Virus record (IMG/VR): IMGVR_UViG_3300043777_000086
Location: 32,001-96,000 of that record
DNA from: a virus
DNA: 64,000 nt
Direction: 5' to 3' (one strand)
The notes beneath the pieces were generated by a model. It saw only the letters and a program-made list of their open reading frames with translations, had not been told where the DNA came from and did not search any database. This document shows, piece by piece, positions 10,230 through 19,950 of this stretch; position 1 is the stretch's first letter; each line of letters begins with the position of its first letter. The translations under genes were made by a program, and so were the position numbers.

Positions 10230-11906
10230 TCACGGCCTCTTCTTCAGCCACGGTAGCGTTGAGTCGATCTCGTCTTCTGGAATAGGGGCGTCTGCGTGAT
10301 CGGCATCGTCCTTAATTGAGTCAGACTCATCCTTATTCAGGAAGGCAAGCCCAGCGGTACCGAACGCCGCCCCAATCGCATTGATCCTTCCCCTGGCATC
10401 CTGCTTAATGAGATTCGCGCGCTCCTCGATCTCGCGCTGGATCTGATTCTGCCGGTTATTGAATTCTTCCGAGGTGAGTTGGCGCTTAACTGGGGGATTC
10501 TTCGTGGTGTCAAGGATCGTTGGATCTTTTCGCAGTGCATCGATTTTGGACTCGCGCTCCTTGTATAGCGCTTCAAGCCGACGCGAGGTGTCCGCTTGCT
10601 CAGCTATCGCGGCCTTGCGTGCGTAGTTGAAGTTTGCCTGGAAAGTGTTGGTCTGATCCTTCCACTGACGGAGTGGCTTGCCATTATCGTCTTTGGCTAC
10701 CCGCCACTTACCCTCAGGACTTCGTTCCTCGATAACGTTCTTTCCGGGGCTATCCGGGTCCTGAACCACGCGCGTGGCATAGGGGGCCTTGTCTGGTTTG
10801 CGGTAAACCGAAGGCTGCTCGCTCGGCGGTAGGAACTGCCCGGTCTGCGCGTCTACAAACCCCGCCGGGATCCCCGGTCCTCCCATTGAGTACTGAAGCT
10901 GCCTGGGCTTACCATCGACCATCATCTCCTTGGGCTCAGTGACTAAGTTATTGGTGTTTAGCCAGTCGCGCTCCTCATCAGCCAGCCGCTGTGTACGGAC
11001 CGCTGGCAGCGCAGGCTCCTTAGTCGGCGGCGGCGCCGCAGAGCCGGCCTCCACGGGAAGCGGAGGGGCGCCCTGCGCAGCCGTAGGGGCGGATTGATCT
11101 GAACGCACAGGAGGAGGAGCGCCTCCCGCAGTACGGTTATGAAATTCCGCAAGCCTCTTATCCGCGTCGATCTTCTTCTGCTCGGCCTCGGTTGGCTGCC
11201 GCGGCTTGGGCTTCGTGTCATACGGAGATAGGATCTGAGAGATCGATTCCTTACCGCCGCCGAAGCGATCGAAGGCGGGGATGAACGGCTGCACCGCCTT
11301 GGCGGCATCCTCCTTTGTGAATGGCTGCCCAGCCTGCTTGGCTGCGTCCTCGGCATCCGCCACGGCCTTCTGGGCCTGTCCTACCAGTTGCGTGCGCTGA
11401 CCTTGAATTGTATTCTGCGGAAGCGATAGCTTCGCACCCCAGTCCGCCATGACTTTCTGCATTGCCCCGATGTCGGACTTGGATTTAGAGACCTCACCGC
11501 CAGCTAGGCCGCTGAATACCTTATTGAGCGTTCCGAGGATCGGATTCTGTTTGGCTCCGTCCTTAGTGGCGTCCTGAGCCTCAGAGATCATCGCTTTGGC
11601 GGCATCGCGCTCAAGCTGCGACTTGAGTTCCGGAGGCACCTCTGGGTTCGACATCTGCGCGTTCACCCAGTTAGAGAAACCCTGAGTGAATTGGTACTTC
11701 TGCATCTCAGTCGCCATGGCCTTTTGTGCGCGGCCCTTGCCGACGCCTTCTAGGAATTTAGATAGGATGCCGAGCGTTGCACCCCCCTTACCTTGATAGC
11801 CACTGAATGGTGTGGTGCTCTCATGGGGCGACTGAACGATTTGGGGTTGGATCGCCTGAGCGAATGGTCCGGTAAATTGCTGAGGTCCGTAGGGATTATC
11901 AGGCAT
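10230..11906 (-). CDS. Putative ejection protein
   Basis: Start reassigned to ATG 11906 (GGAGGT RBS); Q/A-rich helical and Pro-rich regions; synteny. Confidence 0.6.
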   Translation of the reverse strand: MPDNPYGPQQFTGPFAQAIQPQIVQSPHESTTPFSGYQGKGGATLGILSKFLEGVGKGRAQKAMATEMQKYQFTQGFSNWVNAQMSNPEVPPELKSQLERDAAKAMISEAQDATKDGAKQNPILGTLNKVFSGLAGGEVSKSKSDIGAMQKVMADWGAKLSLPQNTIQGQRTQLVGQAQKAVADAEDAAKQAGQPFTKEDAAKAVQPFIPAFDRFGGGKESISQILSPYDTKPKPRQPTEAEQKKIDADKRLAEFHNRTAGGAPPPVRSDQSAPTAAQGAPPLPVEAGSAAPPPTKEPALPAVRTQRLADEERDWLNTNNLVTEPKEMMVDGKPRQLQYSMGGPGIPAGFVDAQTGQFLPPSEQPSVYRKPDKAPYATRVVQDPDSPGKNVIEERSPEGKWRVAKDDNGKPLRQWKDQTNTFQANFNYARKAAIAEQADTSRRLEALYKERESKIDALRKDPTILDTTKNPPVKRQLTSEEFNNRQNQIQREIEERANLIKQDARGRINAIGAAFGTAGLAFLNKDESDSIKDDADHADAPIPEDEIDSTLPWLKKRP

Positions 11907-11920
11907 ACGCCACCTCCGCG

Positions 11921-11975
11921 GTGGTAATCTTAGTATCGAGCTGCCGTAGCGGGCTAACGCCACGGCAACTCTCAC
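11921..11975 (+). promoter_or_regulatory. Probable -10 element and 5' hairpin for the HNH gene
   Basis: GGTAATCT followed by the stem GAGcTGCCGT...ACGGCAaCTC upstream of the GGGAG RBS. Confidence 0.45.
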
Positions 11976-12000
11976 CAGAGCGATCTACAGGGAGACCGTC

Positions 12001-12588
12001 GTGGCTAAACGTAAGTTTATACCGATGCCGACCATAAGCCCCGAAGAGGAAAGACTCTTCTGGAGTTTGGTCAGGAAATACGAAGATCCAAGGAAGTGTT
12101 GGGAGTGGCTGGGGAACCTGCATAGCGACGACAGAGGCAGGATCTGCCTCAGGAGTCAACACTATATAGCTCCGCGCATGTCCTTCCACCTCACCTACGG
12201 AGGTGATCCGGAGTGGCTCTTTGTGTGTCATACATGCGACAACCCGATCTGCGTAAATCCCGATCACTTCTTCCTCGGTACGCACGGGGACAATAACAGA
12301 GACTCTATCGCCAAGGGTCGCAGGTGCGGCGTGTATGAAAAATGGAGGAATGATAATCCACAGGCAGCGCACGCCGCCGCCCAGCGCGTAGTTCAATGGA
12401 GACAGCAGCACCCAGAAAGTAATCGCGGTGAAAACGCAAACGGAGTAAAGCTTACAACGGAGTATGTTCTCGCTATACGGGCGAGAGCAACTAAAGGAGA
12501 AACTCATACTTCTCTCGCTAGGGAATATGGAGTTGCACCGCAAACCGTGGATGGCATAGTCAGCAGAAAACACTGGAAGCATATTTGA
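12001..12588 (+). CDS. HNH homing endonuclease with C-terminal HTH
   Basis: FWSLV...CWEW.G...VCHTCDNPICVNPDHFFLGTHGDN; GENANGVKLT...LAREYGV...WKH; antisense insertion. Confidence 0.92.
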   Translation: MAKRKFIPMPTISPEEERLFWSLVRKYEDPRKCWEWLGNLHSDDRGRICLRSQHYIAPRMSFHLTYGGDPEWLFVCHTCDNPICVNPDHFFLGTHGDNNRDSIAKGRRCGVYEKWRNDNPQAAHAAAQRVVQWRQQHPESNRGENANGVKLTTEYVLAIRARATKGETHTSLAREYGVAPQTVDGIVSRKHWKHI

Positions 12589-12592
12589 AATT

Positions 12593-13411
12593 TCAGCATT
12601 TTGCATGCAGCGCTGTGTTCTCCGTTACCTGAGTGGAAATCGCGGTTCGTAAGGCGAAATCAAACACTGGCCTAAGCGCCCAACGCATGACTACGCTGTG
12701 CTTTGCCTTAGCGGCAACCGACTTACCAACCCGGCAGTACAGCCACATAACTATTCCACCAAACACCGTCCGCCTGAACGGGCCGTTAAGGAATTCGCGC
12801 ACGATAAATGTACGCGGATCATGGGTTCCATAAATCACTTCCGCAATCCAACATCCGACACCCGGAGCAAATACGCTACCAAGAGCACCACCGGCGCTTC
12901 CTGCCAACTCTCCGAGGAAAGATAGAGTTGACGCCTTACCTTGACTCTGCGCCTGCATCGTAGCTGCATTGGAACTCGACGCCCCTCCGGCCGCTGAGAT
13001 CGCAGCGCCCACGTCGCTTAGGCCGAAGGACTCAATACCCTGCCCCAGTTGCGCAAGCTGCGCCGGAGCGCCTTGAGTTAAAGCATTCCTAGTCTGCGCG
13101 ATCTGCGTCTGCGTTCCGGTGTCCACGTTCGCCAGAGCCACCTGCTGTGCGGCCCCTGGTCCAATATCCTCCATAATCTGACCCTTAGCTTGCGAGGCCC
13201 CCTGCGTAATGTTTGTGAGGTACGGAGCGAGGGCTGTAGAGATCGCAGTGGGGTTATTTGAAGAGAGGGCCGTAAGTTGACTAATAAGCGGCTGCATCAA
13301 CTGGGAACCCTGCGCCTGGTTGTCCTGAGCCAACTGATTTTGCTGGCTTTCAATTGCCAACTGCTGGGCTGTGATTTGCTGCTGGGTTCCTGTGCTACTT
13401 GGTGACGACAC
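12593..13411 (-). CDS. Pilot/DNA-transfer ejection protein with C-terminal CFI-box-CTERM-like domain
   Basis: Q/G/A-rich body, amphipathic FLGELAGSAGGALG segment, then GCWIAEVIYG...VREFL...LYCRVG...ALRPVFD; GGAGGTGA RBS. Confidence 0.7.
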   Translation of the reverse strand: MSSPSSTGTQQQITAQQLAIESQQNQLAQDNQAQGSQLMQPLISQLTALSSNNPTAISTALAPYLTNITQGASQAKGQIMEDIGPGAAQQVALANVDTGTQTQIAQTRNALTQGAPAQLAQLGQGIESFGLSDVGAAISAAGGASSSNAATMQAQSQGKASTLSFLGELAGSAGGALGSVFAPGVGCWIAEVIYGTHDPRTFIVREFLNGPFRRTVFGGIVMWLYCRVGKSVAAKAKHSVVMRWALRPVFDFALRTAISTQVTENTALHAKC

Positions 13412-14327
13412 GTCGCATCACCTCCTCTGCTTTTGCCTGATCCTCTGGATGATGCTCTAGCCAATGTCTTAGGCGGTGACAGACAACGCACAGCATGTCA
13501 CATTTAACGACTTCTGCCTGGTAATCTTCACGTGTCAAACACTGAGATAAACACCTAACCTTGTCTTGCGGATCCCGATGGTCAAAGTCGAACACCGCCG
13601 GAATCGTTGAATGTAGGCCACAGGACTGGCAACGGTCATGCCTGGACTCCATAGCCGCTCGCTTCCACTGCTCTCTTTGTATTTGATTGGCGGTCTTCTT
13701 GCGTGGGGCTATATTCCGTTTACGTTGCTCGCGTAACTCATTTCTAACCTGCTGTTTAGATCTGAGGCGACATTTCATACATACTGAATTGCAAGTCTTC
13801 ACTCGATCACACCGAGAGCACAAATGACATTTACGCTGTCTCAGCTTGTCGAATTCACCTCTACACGATTCGCATAAGCGAGCGCGGTATTCCTCAGGGG
13901 TGGTGTATACCACAACGCGGCAGAGTGAGCACAATGGCGGAAGTCTGTATTTAAATTTATGGAGATCAGCGAAGCAATCGGAGCAAAACCTTCTTCGGTA
14001 CTGTACGCCCTTGAATGTAGCTACCGGAAATTGATCGATGGGTTTTACTGTAGCGCACTTTATGCATTGCCCTTCTGTAGCTCCGGTATCCCAGCGCCTT
14101 CGGCGTGGAGCGGCAGGTTTTTCTCCTACGCTAATTCTGTACCTCTCATGCTTATATTTACTTTCGCAGGAGCGACACATTCTTCTACGATTGCCAGATC
14201 TACTGGCCAATGCAAAGTTTTCAATTGGTTGGCGTTGGCCGCATTTTAAGCAGGAAAACTCCAGCAATCCGGTATCCCAACGACTTCCACGGCGCTTAGA
14301 GTAATCGTGTTGGGCGGTAGCTTGCAT
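13395..14327 (-). CDS. HNH endonuclease with repeated Zn-finger modules
   Basis: Two RWDTG...CxKC...F...CxxC repeats; C-terminal CQSCG...FDFDHRDP...KCDMLCVVCHRLRH. Confidence 0.85.
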   Translation of the reverse strand: MQATAQHDYSKRRGSRWDTGLLEFSCLKCGQRQPIENFALASRSGNRRRMCRSCESKYKHERYRISVGEKPAAPRRRRWDTGATEGQCIKCATVKPIDQFPVATFKGVQYRRRFCSDCFADLHKFKYRLPPLCSLCRVVVYTTPEEYRARLCESCRGEFDKLRQRKCHLCSRCDRVKTCNSVCMKCRLRSKQQVRNELREQRKRNIAPRKKTANQIQREQWKRAAMESRHDRCQSCGLHSTIPAVFDFDHRDPQDKVRCLSQCLTREDYQAEVVKCDMLCVVCHRLRHWLEHHPEDQAKAEEVMRRVVTK

Positions 14328-14999
14328 CTAAACCTCCACGAGATCCTCTGCGTGAATCATGTTCTTTGCGAGCCCCCACTGCTCCCTTGTCATCACGGCA
14401 GATTGGTAGTCGCAGGGCTCGATAGTGCCGTCCTCCTTCATCCAGGGTCCGTACACCGGCAACACTCCGACCACCTGGAATCCCACGCGCTCCGCAAACC
14501 GGCAGGCCATTTTATTGGGCTTCGGTGTGGTGCCGTACAGGACTTGTAGGTTCAGGGTCCTGAATCCCCAGTCGATCATCATCTCGGCGAACTGGTACGG
14601 CAGCATCGTGCGATGAGCGAAAGGTAGGAACGCAAATCCAACTTCAGCTTTGAATCGCGGCTGCTCCTTGATGTTCCCGAGGAATGTGATCGTGGCGATC
14701 GTCCCGAACCCAGCGATATCCAACTTCTCTCCGTTCTGGATCAGGCACCCGATTACCACATTCCTTGGGCTGCCGTCAGCGTTCGCATCCGTGGCCCAGT
14801 CAAGTAGCCAGCGCAACGTCGGGACGTGGCCGGGCCACACGATATGCAAGAGCTTGGCGGTGCTCAGGGCGATCCAGATCCGCGCCATCATGATCTCGGA
14901 AACGGCGCTCTTATCCATTCTCAGGATGTGCAGGATCGTCCCGTCTTCGAGCTTCTTAGAATCCGTCCAGTTCCAACCGTTTGCGTCAGCCATTGGCAT
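14328..14999 (-). CDS. GNAT acetyltransferase-fold protein preceding the ejection genes
   Basis: AEVGFAF...MIDWGF...LYGTTPKPNKMACRFAERVGFQ; typical podovirus position; start ATG 14999 or 14993. Confidence 0.8.
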   Translation of the reverse strand: MPMADANGWNWTDSKKLEDGTILHILRMDKSAVSEIMMARIWIALSTAKLLHIVWPGHVPTLRWLLDWATDANADGSPRNVVIGCLIQNGEKLDIAGFGTIATITFLGNIKEQPRFKAEVGFAFLPFAHRTMLPYQFAEMMIDWGFRTLNLQVLYGTTPKPNKMACRFAERVGFQVVGVLPVYGPWMKEDGTIEPCDYQSAVMTREQWGLAKNMIHAEDLVEV

Positions 15000-15010
15000 T
15001 ATGATACCCC

Positions 15011-15039
15011 TTGACGATGACGGTATACTCGTCCACAAT
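15011..15039 (+). promoter_or_regulatory. Sigma70-like promoter, possibly leaderless, for 15048
   Basis: TTGACG-17nt-CACAAT, 8 nt before ATG, no SD. Confidence 0.45.
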
Positions 15040-15047
15040 TATTAGAT

Positions 15048-15707
15048 ATGACCCCCATCCGTCGCGCCCTCGCTGCTATCTCCCGCTTTGTCCGAGTTCG
15101 GATCTTTAGGCGTCCGGAACCTCCGATCGTAGAGCGGCCACCTGACGGCGCGATCGTATTCCCAGAGCTTCCCTCAAGTAGAGCGCTTGAAGAGTATGGA
15201 TCCGGAACTCAGGCGGTGGCTATCAGCACACTTCCTCGGCCGCCGATATCTGACCTCATTCCGCTTAGGCCGGCGTCCTGTCTCTATGAGGTCACCTTCC
15301 AGCCACGGCCGTACTGGCTATTCGACTCGATCCACCTAACGGCTATCTGCGGGTCCGCGCTGCGGGTGATCGCGTTCCATGAGGACGTTTCGCACTGCAT
15401 CTTCCAGGTGACCGTCACTCCGATCCCGATGCAGCTCGACCACGCGATGCTATTGGGGTTGCATCGCGCGCGGGCAGAGGCGCCAGTCACGCTACGGATT
15501 GAGAGCCGGGTTACGTTTGAGGTCTACGAACTCCGCGCCACCTACCTGCGACCGGACTTCCGGCGCGAGCAGGCTTCGGACGGGACGATGATGCTGGTGT
15601 TCAACGACCCGTTCTACAAACCGATAGCCGAATCCGAATTCGGATTACTTCCCTCAGCGCCGCACCACCGCAAGATCTACGGACCCGGCGCGGACGTGGG
15701 GTACTAG
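15048..15707 (+). CDS. Hypothetical protein (antisense insertion)
   Basis: 219 aa ORF filling the gap between two minus-strand operons, with own promoter. Confidence 0.6.
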   Translation: MTPIRRALAAISRFVRVRIFRRPEPPIVERPPDGAIVFPELPSSRALEEYGSGTQAVAISTLPRPPISDLIPLRPASCLYEVTFQPRPYWLFDSIHLTAICGSALRVIAFHEDVSHCIFQVTVTPIPMQLDHAMLLGLHRARAEAPVTLRIESRVTFEVYELRATYLRPDFRREQASDGTMMLVFNDPFYKPIAESEFGLLPSAPHHRKIYGPGADVGY

Positions 15708-16021
15708 GGCTTAGTGACAGCCGGCGGGACTGTAGGGCAATTCCAGGTCTTGTCTTTGTTGACATGACATCCGGGACCGGCCCCATATTCCTTTATGAGC
15801 GTATTCTCGTAATCGACCCAGATCTTTTCTTCTTTTTGAGCCTCTTCGCGAGCCGCCACAAGGCGCAACTGGGCCTGCTGAAGCTCTAACTCCGCGCTCT
15901 GTACCGCCAGCATCTTCCTGGAGATTTCCTCATAGCGCTTCTCTGGGATAGGCGTAGGGGTGGTCGTAGGGGCAGCCTTATCATCCAGAAACATACAGAT
16001 CGCCGCAACGAATAAAATCAC
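15704..16021 (-). CDS. Exported coiled-coil protein, possible fibre chaperone
   Basis: Hydrophobic N-terminus, central heptad coiled coil, C-terminal Cys pair; AGGTGA RBS; follows fibre gene. Confidence 0.6.
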   Translation of the reverse strand: MILFVAAICMFLDDKAAPTTTPTPIPEKRYEEISRKMLAVQSAELELQQAQLRLVAAREEAQKEEKIWVDYENTLIKEYGAGPGCHVNKDKTWNCPTVPPAVTKP

Positions 16022-16031
16022 TAGGTCACCT

Positions 16032-17417
16032 CTAGCAATGCGTTATGATTCCGTCAGAGCTTGCGAACAAGGAGGTCGGGGTTCCTGTACAGGTAACTCC
16101 CGCTACTCCGCCGATTGTCATCCCCGTGGGCGTGAAGTTCCAGATTAGGGACCCAAACCCAGAGGTGTAAACCTGTAAGGCAATTGTGGATTGCGTACCA
16201 TTAGGCCCCATGTCCGCGATAGCAGCGCCGGAACCATTGAATATTTCCACCGCCCCTCCCGACCCTGAGAAACTTATCTCTACCTGGTTGGTGCCCGCAT
16301 TCTGCATGAAAATTCCGGTGGAGTTCGCAACCACCATATTCTGACCGGATGAGTTATTCAGGATCAACTGTCCCGCGCCCGCTCCACTAGGGGTAATAGA
16401 AGCTAGTTCGATACTAAATCCTGAATTCCACAACTCTAGGTCGGTGCTGGATTGAACTCCGGTAGAGGCACCCATAGATGACTTAGCCGCCCCAGTGTTG
16501 TCGAAAACTATTAATCGACCTCCCACGCCGGCTGTGAATGTGCCTTCGATCTGATTTACGCTGGTGTTTTGAACAAAGAATCCAGAGGAGTTAGCTATAA
16601 ACGTATTACTTGCTACGTCTAAATCCACAGCTACATCGAGCTGATGAGCCGGGTTAGTGGTTCCAATTCCCACGAGACCTCCGGAGGTGATCCTCATCTT
16701 CTCGATGTTATTACCACCACTCAGGGCAGTAGCGAAGATAAGAGTTCCAGAATAGTCTCCCGCTATAGAGTTCTCCTTATACCCCCAAATTTCGGCGGAA
16801 TCCGCAAACGACCCGGTGCCTACGTAATCAAACCCGAGAGAGATATGCCCACCAATTCCAGTCGCATGAGTTGAGGAACTATCCCGGATGACTGCCTGGC
16901 CGATGTTGGCAGAGCTTATACCCTGTACAGTTAGAACACCTATGGGGGCTACTCCGATTCCCACCTTACCGCCGAAGAAGTCGAAATTAAAGGCATTGGT
17001 ATTGAATGTCATATCGCCGGCGTTTGAATCATCTATAGACCACACAGTACCGCCAGTGGGATTCTCTAGGCGAATTCCATTCGACGCATTCAGAACATTA
17101 TCCTGTAAGACCAACCCAGGTTCCGTGGGACCCGGAGAAAGAACAATGACCGAAGACAGGTGAGCGCCGCTTACATTTCCAGGACTCAGTACGATCGATC
17201 CATTACTGGACGAACGACCGGTGATTACTGAGGCGTTATTGCCGGATATCCCAAGGTCCATATAGGTTGCGCAGGAAGGGGTCTCATCACAGATCCGCAA
17301 TTCTCCAGGGGCTGGCCCAGTCGGAACGGCTAGGATTTTTACCGGAGAGGATAGGCTTATCTGTGCGTGAGCGCACGAAGCCAGCGCTAGAATGGAAAGA
17401 ACTAATGCGTATATCAT
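16032..17417 (-). CDS. Signal-peptide-bearing triple-beta-helix-type fibre (461 aa)
   Basis: MIYALVLSILALASCAHA|Q (LASC could also be a lipobox); GKVGIG and MRITSGGLVGIGTTNP repeats typical of fibre shafts. Confidence 0.75.
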   Translation of the reverse strand: MIYALVLSILALASCAHAQISLSSPVKILAVPTGPAPGELRICDETPSCATYMDLGISGNNASVITGRSSSNGSIVLSPGNVSGAHLSSVIVLSPGPTEPGLVLQDNVLNASNGIRLENPTGGTVWSIDDSNAGDMTFNTNAFNFDFFGGKVGIGVAPIGVLTVQGISSANIGQAVIRDSSSTHATGIGGHISLGFDYVGTGSFADSAEIWGYKENSIAGDYSGTLIFATALSGGNNIEKMRITSGGLVGIGTTNPAHQLDVAVDLDVASNTFIANSSGFFVQNTSVNQIEGTFTAGVGGRLIVFDNTGAAKSSMGASTGVQSSTDLELWNSGFSIELASITPSGAGAGQLILNNSSGQNMVVANSTGIFMQNAGTNQVEISFSGSGGAVEIFNGSGAAIADMGPNGTQSTIALQVYTSGFGSLIWNFTPTGMTIGGVAGVTCTGTPTSLFASSDGIITHC

Positions 17418-17424
17418 AAAACCC

Positions 17425-18033
17425 CTACACTCCTAATTGAGTTGCAAACTTCCACCAGTTTCCATCTGACCGTCCGACGAACAAGTAAAAGTTCTTTTGG
17501 TTTGCGGCATTCCCTATGTCATTAACTGACGTGTTTTTTAGATGTGAATCCCAGGTAATCTGATCCCCGTCAGTTCCGTCACAGGTTAGCACAATGAGAA
17601 GTAGGGCGGCGACCGTTGGGGAGATAGACGCTACGATGTTCGTGGTCGAGCTATGAGATAGTGCAATCTCCTGGAGGGTAAGACTGCCGCTACCGCCACC
17701 TCCTCCGCCGCCACTGCCGCCACTGGGAAAAGGCACTGGATTCTGGCTGAGCGCTGTATTTACCAACTGATTACTCGATCCGAACAGCTTCTGTGCGGCG
17801 ATAAGCGTCAGTAGCGCAAGCGGGTTGGTCGGGACCGAATCGTCCTCGGAGAAGAAATCCGGAGCCGTCACGGTATTCCCAAGGGTGATCGGGCCTGTAC
17901 CGCCCTGTACCGATGCGATCTGCTGCGCCAGGAAGTTCAGAACGTAGTTTAACTGGAATAGTTCAGGATCTTGAAGGTCTTGCGGCGTGATCCGTATATT
18001 GACGCCCTGCTGCTCTACGGTGGGCATCTTCAA
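17425..18033 (-). CDS. Tail protein downstream of the nozzle (needle/fibre-dock candidate)
   Basis: N-terminal helix, poly-Gly linker, C-terminal beta domain; overlaps nozzle stop; no signal peptide. Confidence 0.6.
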   Translation of the reverse strand: MKMPTVEQQGVNIRITPQDLQDPELFQLNYVLNFLAQQIASVQGGTGPITLGNTVTAPDFFSEDDSVPTNPLALLTLIAAQKLFGSSNQLVNTALSQNPVPFPSGGSGGGGGGGSGSLTLQEIALSHSSTTNIVASISPTVAALLLIVLTCDGTDGDQITWDSHLKNTSVNDIGNAANQKNFYLFVGRSDGNWWKFATQLGV

Positions 18034-19950
18034 TTCACCTGCGGCTGCGTCAACTCAGACCACTTGAATTCCGCATACGATGCACGCTGCTGCCCTGAGA
18101 GCGGCAAGGACTCGACTCGGCTACTATCGGCGTAGATCTTAAACGGCGTGACCCCGTCGATCGAGGTCACCACGATCCGGTATACCTTGCTCTTGTTGTA
18201 CTGACCGTTCGCTTGATCCGGAAGGAAGAACCGTTCAATGTCCCGGTCGGCGTGCGCCGGTAGCTCCACCTGATAGAAAAGCGCATCGCCAGCCACGTAC
18301 ACAGAAACCACGATTGCCGCCGCGCATAGATACTCCACCCACATCTGCCGGATCACCTTGAAGCCGACGTAGCCAAGGGTGTTCTCGTAAAGGTCTAGGA
18401 TCGTGCGGTAGCACGGCTCATTCCAGACGTCGTAGGTGACCTTGAAGATCTGAGCTTTCCCTCCGGAGCCTGGAGTTGGTATCATCCGTGCGAGGCGCCC
18501 GATCAGGTTTGAGTTGCAGGTCAGAATCCTAACTCGATCCACGTCGGTGGTTGTGATTGTCCAGGTCTGGACAATTGACCCATCCAGTTCTAGTTGGAGC
18601 TGGCAGGCTACCCCGCCCGTATCGATATCCACTTCGATCCCGCGCCAAACCTTCTCGCACTTCCATCCATTATCGGACCACTCGGTTGCCGGTACGATGT
18701 CGGGCGGATAGTCGATCTTGGTAAAGGTGTACTTCCATACGCGCAGTGAAACGGTGGTCGATTGCGGGTAGATCCGAACCATCTTTACGATCGTGTCGAT
18801 TGTGATCGAGAACGACTGCTTGCAGCGCCCGGTTCCAGATAACACGAAGGATTGTACGGCCGTATTCAATGTGCTGCCCTGCACTCCGGTGACGGTATCC
18901 ATTAGCATAGTGGTCGTGGTGCCCCCGGTATCGTACTCAAACGAGACTGTTATGAGGCGCTTGTCGAACGGACTCCCGAGATCGTCGTAATCAAACGAGT
19001 GGTCGACCGCGGCCTTATCGGCAGGCATCGTCACGAAACTCGCCCCCCACAACTGGAACATGCCGTTCGTGGGGACCGTGCCCAGTAGAATCCGCGCCTT
19101 GCGCCCCATGATATCCGGATTGAGGGTGATCGTCACGTCGCGGGTATTTAGGGTTGCGGTGACGGTAACGGTTTGTACGATTGTGCCGTCGACCTCGATC
19201 TTGACGGGAATTGCGATGCCATTGGTATTCACATCCAAAACGAGCTGTTGGAAGTATTTCTCGAACGGAGATTTGCTATCGTCGTACTCCGTGAAGTTTA
19301 CGATGTCCGGTGGGTAGTTCTCGGCCTTGATCTGATAACCGAAGATCTCGAAGTTTGTGGTGGTTGTCTGGGCGCGCAAGCGCAACTTCTTGGCGATGAT
19401 CCCGTCTATGATCGCAAACTCTTGCTGTGACCGATCCGCGCCGGAGATCTGGAGCGTTTGGACTGCGAGTGTCTGTGTGTTCCCTCCAACGCCTCCGATT
19501 ATGTCCAAGAACAAGTCGATCGCCTGCCCGTACGTATTGTAGTCTAGGGTGATCGCGTAGATTCTCTTATCCCAAGGGTGTCCGTTGTCCTGCCAATCCG
19601 TGATCCGGCCTCGCTGAAGTTCAGCGAGGGGGATGTAGGTCATCTGAACAGAAAAGATCTGGACTATTCCGATTGAGCTGCCAGTGAACTGAATAGCAAA
19701 AACTCGGGCCTCTTTACCAAATACAGTTCCGCCCGACACGCCAAGCTGCAACGGTACGAAGCGTCGGTTAGTAGTCGCAGTCAGGGTGAATTGATCTACC
19801 GGATCGAGAGTCCCGGAGTAATCGTAAAATAAGCCAACCGTGACCGTGTCATGGGGGTTGCTTAATTCAACCAGCAGCTCCACGTATTGCTTATTGAGGG
19901 CTCGTCCCTCCGGGGCCATAATCCCAGTTGTGCCGCTCCATACGATCGGA
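18030..19950 (-). repeat. Six tandem ~100-110 aa beta-sandwich repeats at the nozzle C-terminus
   Basis: Repeat heads MAPEGRALNK, WQDNGHPWDK, YDDSKSPFEK, YDDLGSPFDK, WSDNGWKCEK, ENTLGYVGFK at ~300-340 nt spacing. Confidence 0.8.
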
